DNA of 64,000 nucleotides from Eledone cirrhosa. Its lineage: Eukaryota. The position numbers were made by a program, and so were the translations under genes. The notes beneath the pieces are model-generated. The model was not told the origin of the DNA and searched no databases. It saw only the letters and a program-made list of their open reading frames with translations. Positions 13,055 to 30,284 of the stretch are shown in pieces. Location of the stretch: positions 171,306,001 through 171,370,000 of the forward strand of contig OZ024743.1 in NCBI GenBank assembly GCA_964016885.1. Direction: 5' to 3'. The stretch's first letter is position 1. Each line of letters starts with the position of its first letter.

Positions 13055-16000
13055 GTTATTGTTATTCCTTGAATCTCAGTCATTGATGTTGGTTAACTGG
13101 AAAGTCCGTTGGATTGAATATCAAGCCACTACCTGCAGCCTCAGATATTCAGGACGTATCGGAGGGTTCTTGCCGTTCCAAGCAAGCATGCCTTTTGAAG
13201 CGTTCCAAAAAGCGTGAAGGGGCCGATTTTCTTTAACCATCCCTGGAAACCTTTGGAGATAGTCCCCAGTGCGCCTATGACAATCGGGATCACTTTGACT
13301 TCATGGCAGTTCCAAATCCTTTTCACCTCCCACTTTAGGTCCTGGTATCGGTTAATTTTCTCCCTCTCCTTCTCTTGCACTCTCGTGTCGAACGGGCAGG
13401 CCACATCCACAATCAGGCACGATCTTTTTTCTTTGTCCACAACCACCAGGTCAGGTCTATTGTGTTCCAGTTTTTTGTCCGTCTGTATCCTAAAATCCCA
13501 CAGCACCTTCACCTGACTGTTCTCCATCACCGCCTCTGGCCTATGCTCATACCATTTCTCAGAATGTGGTAGATTGTTTACTTTGCACAGGTGCCAGTGG
13601 ATCACCCTGCCCATCACATCGTGTCTCCAGCCCTTATAGTGGGTCTGGGCTAGGTGTTTACACTCGGACACAATGTGAGCCACAGTCTCCTCTCTCTCTC
13701 CACAGATCCTGCACAGTGGGCTAGCCTCCTCCTTGTAGATATGGTGCTTCAACCACTTCGTTTTGAGGGCCTGCTCCTGCGCAGCCATTAGCATTCCTTC
13801 TGTAGCCTTTTTGAGGTCTCCTCTTCTCAACCAGTTCCATGTCTGTGGATCTCTAAATTCAGTTTTCTCAAAGAAGGTACTATGAAGGGATTTTCCCTTA
13901 AGGCTGCTCTTCCTCCTTGATGTTATTTCCTCCTTGGATATCCCCTGGCCTACTGTCCCCTCCTTCAGTACAGCTCTGAGCATTGGCTCCTTACTATAGG
14001 TCACGTATTTGTATAGGTTGTTTTTCTCCATCTGAACACAGTCCTCTATGCTGATAAGACCTCTTCCACCCTCAGATCTCCTTAGGTAGAGTCTATCGAC
14101 ATCACTCCTCTTGTGGAACATGTTGTAGATAGTCAATAGCTTCCTAGTCTTCCTATCCATTTCTTTTTGTTCAGCAACATTCCATCTCAGAATTCCCGCA
14201 CTGTACCTAATAATAGACACAGCTCGGGAATTTACTGCGCTTATGGCATTTCTGCTGTTCAGATGTGACTTCAATACGCTCCTTACTCTCCGAATGTATT
14301 CAGTTCTTAACAATTCCTTCATTTTTTTGTTCTTTATGCCATCAGCCTCCAGAACGCCCAAATACTTGTATCCTTCCTCAGAGTCAATTTCCTTTATCAT
14401 CTCACCTGTTGGTATCTGGATCCCGTTACTTCTGCTCAACCTACCCCTCCTCATCACAATGACTCCACATTTACCAATACCAAACTGCATACATATATCA
14501 CTGCTGAAAATACGGACAGTGTCAACAAGCACATCCAACTCCTTCTCACTTTTCCCGAAGAGCTTAAGATCGTCCATGAAGAGGAGGTGATTGATGGTAA
14601 GCTCTCCCCTTCCCAACTTGTATCCTGCTCTCACTTTTCGCAGCATAATGGTCAAGGGCATCAGGGCAAGGACAAACAACAGAGGGGACAGGCTATCTCC
14701 CTGGAAGATACCTCTCTTGATCTTCACGCTTCCCAAGGATACTCCAGTTGATGTCAACTCTGTCTCCCAGGACCCCATACTCCTGCCCAGCAACTGTCTG
14801 ATGTTATCTGCCACCCTGAAGATCTCCAGGCTTTTGGTGATCCAGGAATGAGGCACCATGTCAAATGCCTTTCTGTAGTCTATCCATCCCATGGCAAGAT
14901 CAGTGTGTCTCCTCCTGCAATTCCCCATTACCATCTTATCAATAAGCAACTGGTCCTTTGTACCACGTGACTTCTTTCGGCATCCTTTCTGTTCGTCCGG
15001 CAACAAGTTGTTTGTGTGGAGGTGATGGTAGATTTCCTCAGACACAATGCTCGTCAACAGTTTCCACATTACGGGCAGACATGTGATAGGTCTATAGTTG
15101 GTAACATCATTACCCTTGATTCGGTCTTTCATTATCAGAACTGTGGTACCTTTTGTCAACCACTCTGGCACCTCACTCGACACCAAGCAGTCATTGAACA
15201 TGGCCGTCAGCTTCGGGTGGAGGGATGTTAAATGTTTAATCCAATACCCCTGCACACCATCTGGGCCTGGTGATTTCCAGTTGGTTAGTTTTTTGGCTTG
15301 CCCCTTAAGAGTTTCAACTGTGATACTCAAATCAGTTTGTTGTTGTGCCTGCTCACCGATCTCCCTCTGTACTGTCTCAATCCACCCTGCCTGGGCATTG
15401 TGTCTAACATCCTGCTCCCATATTTCTCTCCAGAATGTTTTAGTTTGTTCCGCCCCAGGGATCAAGTCGTTGCCTCTTTCTTTCCCCTCAAGCTGTCCAA
15501 ACAGCATCTTCTGGTTGTTGTCGAACATGCGGTTCTGTTTATACTGACTGACTCTGTTCTCGTATCGCCTGATTTTTGCACTCTTTGCTACAATGCGTTG
15601 CTTCAATTCCTCTATGATAATATTTAGCTTTTTACACCTAGTTTTGTATTTTATTTCCAGTCTATTCTTAGTGCCTATGTTTTTTAGTGTCCCATTCAGT
15701 AGTGACTCAAGCTTTCCTATGTCATTTCTCATTTCCCCGATTTGCCCACTCAGTCGCTTCTTCCACCACGGCTCTGCTCTTTCTTGTTTGTTGTTTCCTC
15801 TCGCTTTTATACCAAGTAGTTTCCTCACCGTATTTGCTGTTGCTTTGAGGATATTGTTGCACTGGTGAAGGCTCCTCGCCTCAAGGTATGGGATGACTTT
15901 GTTTACCTTAGCTGTTGTTTCTTTTAACTTTTTCCTGTCTACAAATCTTAGGTTCATAGGTCTCCCACTATCATTGTTCAATTCATCTACCACTAAATTT

Positions 16001-17611
16001 AGGATGTCAACCGAATCTTGTCCTAGCCCGTCAGCATTCATCTCCTCAGTGGCCGTATCTCTGTTCCAGGTATTATTTATCTCAGTATTCAGATCATTGT
16101 CTGCTTCGGGTGGTTCCTCCGTTCTCAGGACCTCTTCACCTTCATTTCCCACTGGCTCGCTTGTCTGGCATACTACACCCGCCATCTCCAAGCCATTCTC
16201 TCTGCTCAGTTCCTCCAGTTCCAGCTCGCTTATCCACCCATTAGTTCTTATTACCCGAGCCTGCCCGGCCAATTTTTGTTCATCTAATTTAAATAAACCA
16301 ATCTCGTTCCAGATGTTATGCATCGGTCTCCTTTAGCCCCTCTCCTTGGGGTTACTTTTCAGGTAGCATTGCATAACAGTTCTATGCAATTCTTTCGTCC
16401 AGTTGGTTCTGGCCCCTTTCCTTCTTCTTCTTCCTCCAACATCAGCAGTATTTGGTTGACAGTCAGGTTCCTGCTGCTGAGCCAGGGGGCACCTGTTGGG
16501 TGAGAGTCTGTCACATGACGTTCTAGTCTCCATTTCACCGTTATTCGAACTGTTTATGTTCGATATTTAAACACTCTTATCGAGGATTGGCGAATGCATG
16601 TTTACATAGCCATCTGTGGATCCGCCATCCCACTTGGCCCTTGTGTGGCATTATCACCACGCTGTATACGAACACACATAAACAAACAAACACACAGGCA
16701 GAAAGGGCCCCAAAAATGAATAAGCATAAGTTTCATTGTAATGTAGTGTTCGAATGTCTGACTTAGTTTTTGTTTTTTAAGTTTTACTTCCCCCCCCCCT
16801 CTTCTCTGTCCGTCCGCCTGCTTCTCTCTTCATTCTTATTTTCTTTACGTTTTTGGGGTTTCTTTTTTTGTTTTTGTTTTTCTCTGTTTGTTTTTCTCGT
16901 TTTTGCTGTTGTTGCTGTGCTGCTTTGGTTTTGTTGTTTGTTTTTTCTTTTTTCTTTTGAGTCTATCTATATATTTTGATGCCTTCCTCTTTGTTAGTAG
17001 TAGGAATTCTATAATGTGGAAGTAGCAGCCAGCAGGGAGAAGTGGGAGACTGGCGGCGGTAGCGATACTGAGACAGTGGTGGTGGTGATGTCGATACCGA
17101 GGCAGTGGTAGCGGTGATGTGACCGTATTACTGTAGTGATGGTGCTGTAGCGGTGGCAGTAGTGAAGGAGTCAAGGGGTGGTGGCGGCGGTGATGGGATA
17201 GTGGTTGTAATGATGGCCGTAGTGAGCGGTGGCGGTGAAGGTCAAAATGCCGTTATCTGGCTGTTGTGTTTAGTGTACACAGATGATGGGGTGGGTGGTG
17301 TATCTAGTTTCTGGTGTGGTGAGTTTGGCTGTCCTATATAGTGTAGACAGAGGAGAGGAGGGGGGTGTTCTTCTTCCATTTATAGCCATTTTCTTTTTTG
17401 GATATACAGTGTACAATACAAAGTTGAATATTTGAATATTTGAGCCTTATAACAATATATTTTGGGTCCGAATTTTTTGGGGCTCAAGCCGGGTGCTTTA
17501 CGTAGCATTTGTACTAAGAGTTGTTATTTCACAAATGATTTAAATATGTTAAAAATTCAAAACTTACGGGAGCGATTTCATGACCTCCGTCACCTCGTGC
17601 GTCTTCTTCCC
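13055..17611 (-). mobile_element. R4/Dong-clade non-LTR retrotransposon, full-length copy 1
   Basis: Single RT-RLE ORF. 3' tail AATAACAATAAC(AAT)n and 5' end GGGAAGAAGACG embedded in TAA repeats. Near-identical to copy 2. Confidence 0.9.
13141..16533 (-). pseudogene. R4/Dong RT-RLE ORF with a premature stop (TAC>TAA at ~16333)
   Basis: 66-aa and 1060-aa pieces are colinear with the intact 1130-aa ORF of copy 2. Confidence 0.9.
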
Positions 17612-17653
17612 TATTATTCTCTATTATTCCCTATTATTATTATTATTATTATT

Positions 17654-20600
17654 GTTATTGTTATTCCTTGAATCTCAGTCATTGATGTTGGTTAACTGGA
17701 AAGTCCGTTGGATTGAATATCAAGCCACTACCTGCAGCCTCAGATATTCAGGACGTATCGGAGGGTTCTTGCCGTTCCAAGCAAGCATGCCTTTTGAAGC
17801 GTTCCAAAAAGCGTGAAGGGGCCGATTTTCTTTAACCATCCCTGGAAACCTTTGGAGATAGTCCCCAGTGCGCCTATGACAATCGGGATCACTTTGACTT
17901 CATGGCAGTTCCAAATCCTTTTCACCTCCCACTTTAGGTCCTGGTATCGGTTAATTTTCTCCCTCTCCTTCTCTTGCACTCTCGTGTCGAACGGGCAGGC
18001 CACATCCACAATCAGGCACGATCTTTTTTCTTTGTCCACAACCACCAGGTCAGGTCTATTGTGTTCCAGTTTTTTGTCCGTCTGTATCCTAAAATCCCAC
18101 AGCACCTTCACCTGACTGTTCTCCATCACCGCCTCTGGCCTATGCTCATACCATTTCTCAGAATGTGGTAGATTGTTTACTTTGCACAGGTGCCAGTGGA
18201 TCACCCTGCCCATCACATCGTGTCTCCAGCCCTTATAGTGGGTCTGGGCTAGGTGTTTACACTCGGACACAATGTGAGCCACAGTCTCCTCTCTCTCTCC
18301 ACAGATCCTGCACAGTGGGCTAGCCTCCTCCTTGTAGATATGGTGCTTCAACCACTTCGTTTTGAGGGCCTGCTCCTGCGCAGCCATTAGCATTCCTTCT
18401 GTAGCCTTTTTGAGGTCTCCTCTTCTCAACCAGTTCCATGTCTGTGGATCTCTAAATTCAGTTTTCTCAAAGAAGGTACTATGAAGGGATTTTCCCTTAA
18501 GGCTGCTCTTCCTCCTTGATGTTATTTCCTCCTTGGGTATCCCCTGGCCTACTCTCCCCTCCTTCAGTACAGCTCTGAGCATTGGCTCCTTACTATAGGT
18601 CACGTATTTGTATAGGTTGTTTTTCTCCATCTGAACACAGTCCTCTATGCTGATAAGACCTCTTCCACCCTCAGATCTCCTTAGGTAGAGTCTATCGACA
18701 TCACTCCTCTTGTGGAACATGTTGTAGATAGTCAATAGCTTCCTAGTCTTCCTATCCATTTCTTTTTGTTCAGCAACATTCCATCTCAGAATTCCCGCAC
18801 TGTACCTAATAATAGACACAGCTCGGGAATTTACTGCGCTTATGGCATTTCTGCTGTTCAGATGTGACTTCAATACGCTCCTTACTCTCCGAATGTATTC
18901 AGTTCTTAACAATTCCTTCATTTTTTTGTTCTTTATGCCATCAGCCTCCAGAACGCCCAAATACTTGTATCCTTCCTCAGAGTCAATTTCCTTTATCATC
19001 TCACCTGTTGGTATCTGGATCCCGTTACTTCTGCTCAACCTACCCCTCCTCATCACAATGACTCCACATTTACCAATACCAAACTGCATACATATATCAC
19101 TGCTGAAAATACGGACAGTGTCAACAAGCACATCCAACTCCTTCTCACTTTTCCCGAAGAGCTTAAGATCGTCCATGAAGAGGAGGTGATTGATGGTAAG
19201 CTCTCCCCTTCCCAACTTGTATCCTGCTCTCACTTTTCGCAGCATAATGGTCAAGGGCATCAGGGCAAGGACAAACAACAGAGGGGACAGGCTATCTCCC
19301 TGGAAGATACCTCTCTTGATCTTCACGCTTCCCAAGGATACTCCAGTTGATGTCAACTCTGTCTCCCAGGACCCCATACTCCTGCCCAGCAACTCTCTGA
19401 TGTTATCTGCCACCCTGAAGATCTCCAGGCTTTTGGTGATCCAGGAATGAGGCACCATGTCAAATGCCTTTCTGTAGTCTATCCATCCCATGGCAAGATC
19501 AGTGTGTCTCCTCCTGCAATTCCCCATTACCATCTTATCAATAAGCAACTGGTCCTTTGTACCACGTGACTTCTTTCGGCATCCTTTCTGTTCGTCCGGC
19601 AACAAGTTGTTTGTGTGGAGGTGATGGTAGATTTCCTCAGACACAATGCTCGTCAACAGTTTCCACATTACGGGCAGACATGTGATAGGTCTATAGTTGG
19701 TAACATCATTACCCTTGATTCGGTCTTTCATTATCAGAACTGTGGTACCTTTTGTCAACCACTCTGGCACCTCACCCGACACCAAGCAGTCATTGAACAT
19801 GGCCGTCAGCTTCGGGTGGAGGGATGTTAAATGTTTAATCCAATACCCCTGCACACCATCTGGGCCTGGTGATTTCCAGTTGGTTAGTTTTTTGGCTTGC
19901 CCCTTAAGAGTTTCAACTGTGATACTCAAATCAGTCTGTTGCTGTGCCTGCTCACCGATCTCCCTCTGTACTGTCTCAATCCACCCTGCCTGGGCATTGT
20001 GTCTAACATCCTGCTCCCATATTCCTCTCCAGAATGTTTTAGCTTGTTCCGCCCCAGGGATCAAGTCGGTGCCTCTTTCTTTCCCCTCAAGCTGTCCAAA
20101 CAGCATCTTCTGGTTGTTGTCGAACATGCGGTTCTGTTTATACTGACTGACTCTGTTCTCGTATCGCCTGATTTTGGCACTCTTTGCTACAATGCGTTGC
20201 TTCAATTCCTCTATGATAATATTTAGCTTTTTACTCCTAGTTTTGTATTTTATTTCCAGTCTATTTTTAGTGCCTATGTTTTTTAGTGTCCCATTCAGTA
20301 GTGACTCAAGCTTTCCTATGTCATTTCTCATTTCCCCGATTTGCCCACTCAGTCGCTTCTTCCACCACGGCTCTGCTCTTTCTTGTCTGTTGTTTCCTCT
20401 CGCTTTTATACCAAGTAGTTTCCTCACCGTATTTGCTGTTGCTTTGAGGATATTGTTGCACTGGTGAAGACTCCTCGCCTCAAGGTATGGGATGACTTTG
20501 TTTACCTTAGCTGTTGTTTCTTTTAACTTTTTCCTGTCTACAAATCTTAGGTTCATAGGTCTCCCACTATCATTGTTCAACTCATCTACCACTAAATTTA

Positions 20601-22174
20601 GGATGTCAACCGAATCTTGTCCTAGCCCGTCAGCATTCATCTCCTCAGTGGCCGTATCTCTGTTCCAGGTATTATTTATCTCAGTATTCAGATCATTGTC
20701 TGCTTCGGGTGGTTCCTCCGCTCTCAGGACCTCCTCACCTTCATTTCCCGCCGGCTCGCTTGTCTGGCATACTACACCCGCCATCTCCAAGCCATTCTCT
20801 CTGCTCAGTTCCTCCAGTTCCAGCTCGCTTATCCACCCATTAGTTCTTATTACCCGAGCCTGCCCGGCCAATTTTTGTTCATCTAATTTAAATAAACCAA
20901 TCTCGTTCCAGATGTTATGCATCCGTCTCCTGTAGCCCCTCTCCTTGGGGTTACTTTTCAGGTAGCATTGCATAACAGTTCTATTCAATTCTTTCGTCCA
21001 GTTGGTTCTGGCCCCTTTCCTTCTTCTTCTTCCTCCAACATCAGCAGTATTTCGTTGACAGTCAGGTTCCTGCTGCTGAGCCAGGGGGCACCTGTTGGGT
21101 GAGAGTCTGTCACATGACGTTCTAGTCTCCATTTCACCGTTATTCGAACTGTTTATGTTCGATATTTAAACACTCTTATCGAGGATTGGCGAATGTATGT
21201 TTACATAGCCATCTGTGGATCCGCCATCCCACTTGGCCCTTGTGTGGCATTATCACCACGCTGTATACGGACACACATAAACAAACAAACACACGGGCAG
21301 AAAGGGCCCCAAAAATGAATAAGCATAAGTTTCATTGTAATGTAGTATTCGAATGTCTGACTTAGTTTTTGTTTTTTAAGTTTTACTTTTTCCCCCCTCT
21401 TCTCTGTCCGTCCGCCTGCCTCTCTCTTCATTCTTATTTTCTTTACGTTTTGGGGGTTTCTTTTTTTGTTTTTGTTTTTCTCTGTTTTTCTCGTTTTTTA
21501 CTGTTGTTGCTGTGCTGCTTTTGTTGTTTATTTTTTCTTTTTTCTTTTGAGTCTATCTATATATTTTGATGCCTTCCTCTTTTTTAGCAGTAGGGATTCT
21601 ATAATGTGGTGGCAGCAGCCAGCTAAAAGAAGAAGTGGGAGACTGGCGGCGGTAGCGATACTGAGACAGTGGTGGTGGTGATGTCGATACCGAGACAGTG
21701 GTGGCGGTGATGTGACCGTATTACTGTAGCGATGGTGCTGTAGCGGTGGCAGCAGTGAAGGAGTGAAGGGGTGGTGGCGGCGGTGATGGGATAATGGTTG
21801 TAATGATGGCCGTAGTGATCGGTGGTGGTTTAGTGTACACAGGTGATAGGGTGGGTGGTGTATCTAGTTTCTGGTGTTGGTGAGTTTGGCTGTTCTATAT
21901 AGTGTATACAGAGGAGGAGGGGGGGGGGGGTTCTTCTTCCATTTATAGCCATTTTCTTTTTTGGATATACAGTGTACAATACAAAGTTGAATATTTGAAT
22001 ATTTGAGCCTTATAACAATATATTTTGGGTCCGAATTTTTTGGGGCTCAAGCCGGGTGCTTTACGTAGCATTTGTACTAAGAGTTGTTATTTCACAAATG
22101 GTTTAAATATGTTAAAAATTCAAAACTTACGGGAGCGATTTCATGACCTCCGTCACCTCGTGCGTCTTCTTCCC
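17654..22174 (-). mobile_element. R4/Dong-clade non-LTR retrotransposon, full-length copy 2 (intact)
   Basis: Same termini as copy 1; (TAA)n upstream at 22175-22258. Confidence 0.92.
17740..21132 (-). CDS. Reverse transcriptase / restriction-like endonuclease polyprotein (R4/Dong)
   Basis: 1130-aa open ORF with N-terminal WTKELNRTVMQCY..GYRRRM..IW; RT motifs SPGPDG, YRPITCL, WIDYRKAFD, GIFQGDSLSP, FMDD; zinc knuckle CRICGEREETVAHIVSEC; RHD; RLE RPDLV..DVACPFD..K..RY. Confidence 0.93.
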   Translation of the reverse strand: METRTSCDRLSPNRCPLAQQQEPDCQRNTADVGGRRRRKGARTNWTKELNRTVMQCYLKSNPKERGYRRRMHNIWNEIGLFKLDEQKLAGQARVIRTNGWISELELEELSRENGLEMAGVVCQTSEPAGNEGEEVLRAEEPPEADNDLNTEINNTWNRDTATEEMNADGLGQDSVDILNLVVDELNNDSGRPMNLRFVDRKKLKETTAKVNKVIPYLEARSLHQCNNILKATANTVRKLLGIKARGNNRQERAEPWWKKRLSGQIGEMRNDIGKLESLLNGTLKNIGTKNRLEIKYKTRSKKLNIIIEELKQRIVAKSAKIRRYENRVSQYKQNRMFDNNQKMLFGQLEGKERGTDLIPGAEQAKTFWRGIWEQDVRHNAQAGWIETVQREIGEQAQQQTDLSITVETLKGQAKKLTNWKSPGPDGVQGYWIKHLTSLHPKLTAMFNDCLVSGEVPEWLTKGTTVLIMKDRIKGNDVTNYRPITCLPVMWKLLTSIVSEEIYHHLHTNNLLPDEQKGCRKKSRGTKDQLLIDKMVMGNCRRRHTDLAMGWIDYRKAFDMVPHSWITKSLEIFRVADNIRELLGRSMGSWETELTSTGVSLGSVKIKRGIFQGDSLSPLLFVLALMPLTIMLRKVRAGYKLGRGELTINHLLFMDDLKLFGKSEKELDVLVDTVRIFSSDICMQFGIGKCGVIVMRRGRLSRSNGIQIPTGEMIKEIDSEEGYKYLGVLEADGIKNKKMKELLRTEYIRRVRSVLKSHLNSRNAISAVNSRAVSIIRYSAGILRWNVAEQKEMDRKTRKLLTIYNMFHKRSDVDRLYLRRSEGGRGLISIEDCVQMEKNNLYKYVTYSKEPMLRAVLKEGRVGQGIPKEEITSRRKSSLKGKSLHSTFFEKTEFRDPQTWNWLRRGDLKKATEGMLMAAQEQALKTKWLKHHIYKEEASPLCRICGEREETVAHIVSECKHLAQTHYKGWRHDVMGRVIHWHLCKVNNLPHSEKWYEHRPEAVMENSQVKVLWDFRIQTDKKLEHNRPDLVVVDKEKRSCLIVDVACPFDTRVQEKEREKINRYQDLKWEVKRIWNCHEVKVIPIVIGALGTISKGFQGWLKKIGPFTLFGTLQKACLLGTARTLRYVLNI

Positions 22175-26935
<4,761 letters not shown>

Positions 26936-26998
26936 TATATGTGGGTTCCGCATGGTTTTGGCCACCGCAGAAATACGATCTTGTTGAAATTATATTTG

Positions 26999-27035
<37 letters not shown>

Positions 27036-27069
27036 ATACATATGTGTATATTTGTTTATATATATACAA

Positions 27070-27164
<95 letters not shown>

Positions 27165-27181
27165 CATATGTGTATATTTGC

Positions 27182-27219
<38 letters not shown>

Positions 27220-27282
27220 TTGTGTGTGTGTACAAATATATATGTATATATATTTATGTGTGTGTGTATATATATATATGTG

Positions 27283-27351
<69 letters not shown>

Positions 27352-27356
<5 letters not shown>

Positions 27357-30083
27357 AATAAGATAACAAGGACGATTGGTTACTCCTTCATTACGTTTAT
27401 TGGTTGGTGACGCGCGTTTCGCCACTGATCAGCTCAAGGTTCGATCTGTATCGATCTGACCCGACTCTGTAAGCCGCGGCTCATCAGACCCCTTGTAATG
27501 TTAATGGAAGAATGAATACATGCTGTATTATAAAGTCAGAAGTTCCAATGGTCGTCAGTAAAGTTTGTTTTGATTGGTGGATTAATTCATAGGGATGTTT
27601 TTGCTTGTAGTGTATATGGGGGTGAGTGTGGTGATAAGTTGGTGGTGTCTCACAGATTGAAGTCGTGTGGGGGTGCTGGCTGTCGGTAGACAGTTTGGCA
27701 TGTAGATGTGGCTGATTTTCGTGTGTGGTGTGGGTGTGGTGTTGTTGTTTGTGACAAAGATGAAAGGTTGCAGTGTTTATGGTGGTGTGATGATTGTGTT
27801 CGTGGTTTCATTTCCATAAGGAGATACATACATAGACACACTGAGTCTGATAAATACGTTGTATAGATACACATGTGTATATATGTAAAGCCAGTGGGCA
27901 TGGCGGTTGTACAAATATACTTACACACAGACACACATGCGTTGTTTAGGGAGGGATTAAATGTGTTGGTGATGTTGATGGTTATGTAAGTATGGCAACG
28001 TGCTTGGAGGTGGCGGGGGTAGGTGCGACATGATATTTACAGGATCGAATTTTAAGATGGATTACAGGTTAAAAAGGGACATAGGGAACACGGGGAAAAC
28101 AAGGTTGTGAATGAGGGATGGTGGACGTATGGCGATGTGTTTGGCGGTGGTGGTGGTGACGGTGAGGGTGATTTATCCGACATTATATTTACAGGATCGG
28201 ATGTTACGATGGGTTACAAGTTAAAACCTGGCAGAGAGGACAGATAGAACACAATGGTACTGAGATGAGGGATGTATGGCGATGTGTTTGTTGTTGGTCG
28301 TGGTGGGGGTGATGGGTGCGACGTGATATTTACAAGATCTGATCTTACAATGGGTTACATGTGGCAAGGCAAAGGTGGTTATCCCTATGTTGAGTCAGGG
28401 TTAGTGGATGGCCCGCAGTCGAATGTTTGTGCAGAGAAGTTGGTCATCTTGGTGTGTCTACAGTTTATAATTATGTCAGATTTTGAGTTTATGGTCGATT
28501 TCAATTTAATGATCTCAGCCGCCTCGACCAGGCATAACCTGCAGTGGTTTTTGTCGTGGGGGAGTTGGGCCACGCGTCATTTAACTGACTATTTGATTTG
28601 GTATTCGATGTTCCTGTCTTTGATGTCCCAGATCAAGTCCGCCAGTTTTGTTTGGGATCGTTTAGACCTGTGTTTGAAGGAGCTTCTGTGGTTATACCAG
28701 TGTGCCTTAAACGTAGTCGAGGTCACCCCTATGTAGGAGTACTCTTTTCGGCCAGCTGTGACATCGCACCGGTAAATAATGTTTTTAACGAGGCACTCCC
28801 CGTTTAACGGGCATTCTACCCTCTTTTTGCAGTTGCAGTTGGGGGCTATGGGTTTGTTGCCACGTTGTCGGTTGTTTGAATTCTGTGTGGAGCTGGCATG
28901 TGGGTTGTTGTATTGTGTTGTGCTAGTGGTTGGTTGTGGTGCTATCATGTGTTTGCGTATTTTTGTCCTATTTGTGTGCGCTATCGTGTCGCCTAGATTT
29001 GGTATTGTGGAGAAGGATAATTTGACAGTGTGTCTATTAAAGAGCTTGTGATATTTATGTGTGGGTGGGAAGGATTGTTCAAGAGCTGTGAAGAAGGTTC
29101 CCGGTAAATTGGTGGCAACGTGTATAGAGTACGGGGCGTTGTACCATGCCAGGGGTCTGCTTCGGCATTTACGGTGTTTAGTGTAGTTGTTGTGGTCTGT
29201 TGGTTGCGTGGGTGCGTTTTGGTCAGGTGTATTTGTCATGGGGATTCCTGCTATTCCATTGCCGTTAAGTCTCGGGTCTCTAATACTACGTAGTCGTGTG
29301 CGATATTCAGAGTCCTTACTGGGGTTGGAGAGTATAGCTTCATCTCCATGGCAGTTGTGTGTAACGCTGCCTGTCCTGCCGGCTAAGGGTGGTCTCTGCT
29401 TAGTATTTGTTCTAAGTGGGGTGTCCTCGTCTATATGCGTTTCTAAGGGTCTGGTTGGGTTTAGCGGCGTTGCGGTTCTAGTTTGGTCATTGTCAGTTAT
29501 ATTCTCATTGTAGCCAGCGTTTTCAAGTGCGGAGTTATAGTATTCCGCGTGCTGGTTGAAGATAGTTCTGTTCCCCGACAGGGAGGACACTCTGTAGGAA
29601 ACGCTTTTAACTATTTGTATTAATTATGATCCTAGGTTGGTTGGAGTGTCTGTTGACATATTTCAGGTTTTCGTTGGGTTTATGGTATGGGCAGTAGAGA
29701 CCTGTGTCTAATTCCAAAGTGACGTCTAAGAAGTTTACTGTCCTACTTTTGGGTTCTATTTCTACCGCTAATCCTTGGGTCTTAAAGATATATCTAAGTC
29801 ATTTGTGTAGTCTATCTAATTGGCCCTACGAGCCATGAGTCTCGGTACAAGCCTCCGCCCATGTTGGGGATCTCGTCCGTTATTATATTTAGGTGTTGTA
29901 GAGAAAGAGAATTCAGTAACTTATGCCGAGTCACTCGACTCCATAGTAATGTCGAAGCTATCTGGTCTATTCTGTCGTTCTCATAATTCACCGTCAAATT
30001 CTAGTAAAGATTTCCTAGCTACTAGTATGATGTCTACCTCATTTTTCAATGCCGGAGAACCAGTCGATTACTTCCTTTATACA
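27352..30083 (-). mobile_element. Decayed PLE family 'C' (RT fragment, GIY-YIG, long 3'UTR/pLTR)
   Basis: VNFLDVTL, YHKPNE, AWYNAPYS, CNCKKRVECPLNGECLVKNIIYRC..YIGVT, CRLCLVE. About 190-bp tandem repeats in the UTR (~27990-28380). Confidence 0.85.
27406..27490 (-). ncRNA. Canonical type I hammerhead ribozyme (PLE pLTR)
   Basis: GGT-CTGATGA-GCC...GGC-GAAA-CGCGCGTC^ACC: full core, stems I and II, palindromic stem III, GUC cleavage triplet. Confidence 0.8.
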
Positions 30084-30284
30084 GGACCAGAGGCTGAGTT
30101 TTGTCCTATTTAGATTTTGCAATATCCAATATTTTACATTTATGCAGAGCGTGCATTTTCTTGTTCCTCTAGCATATTCTTTACATTGGTTCAAAATTGA
30201 CCAATCTAATTTATATTGGATGCCTTGGTCTTTCAAATCCCAAATTCTGCTAGCCAGAGCTGTTGTAAATCTTTTTTCTGGATG

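Noticed and set aside
13214-21102. Plus-strand ORFs overlapping the Dong elements (likewise antisense ORFs over the L1, Gypsy and PLE ORFs)
   Set aside because: Shadow frames of the real coding strand; their duplication only reflects the duplicated element.
21130-22174. HDV-like ribozyme in the Dong 5'UTR
   Set aside because: GGCCCTT/AAGGGCC pairing is present, but I could not build P3/L3/P1.1 by eye.
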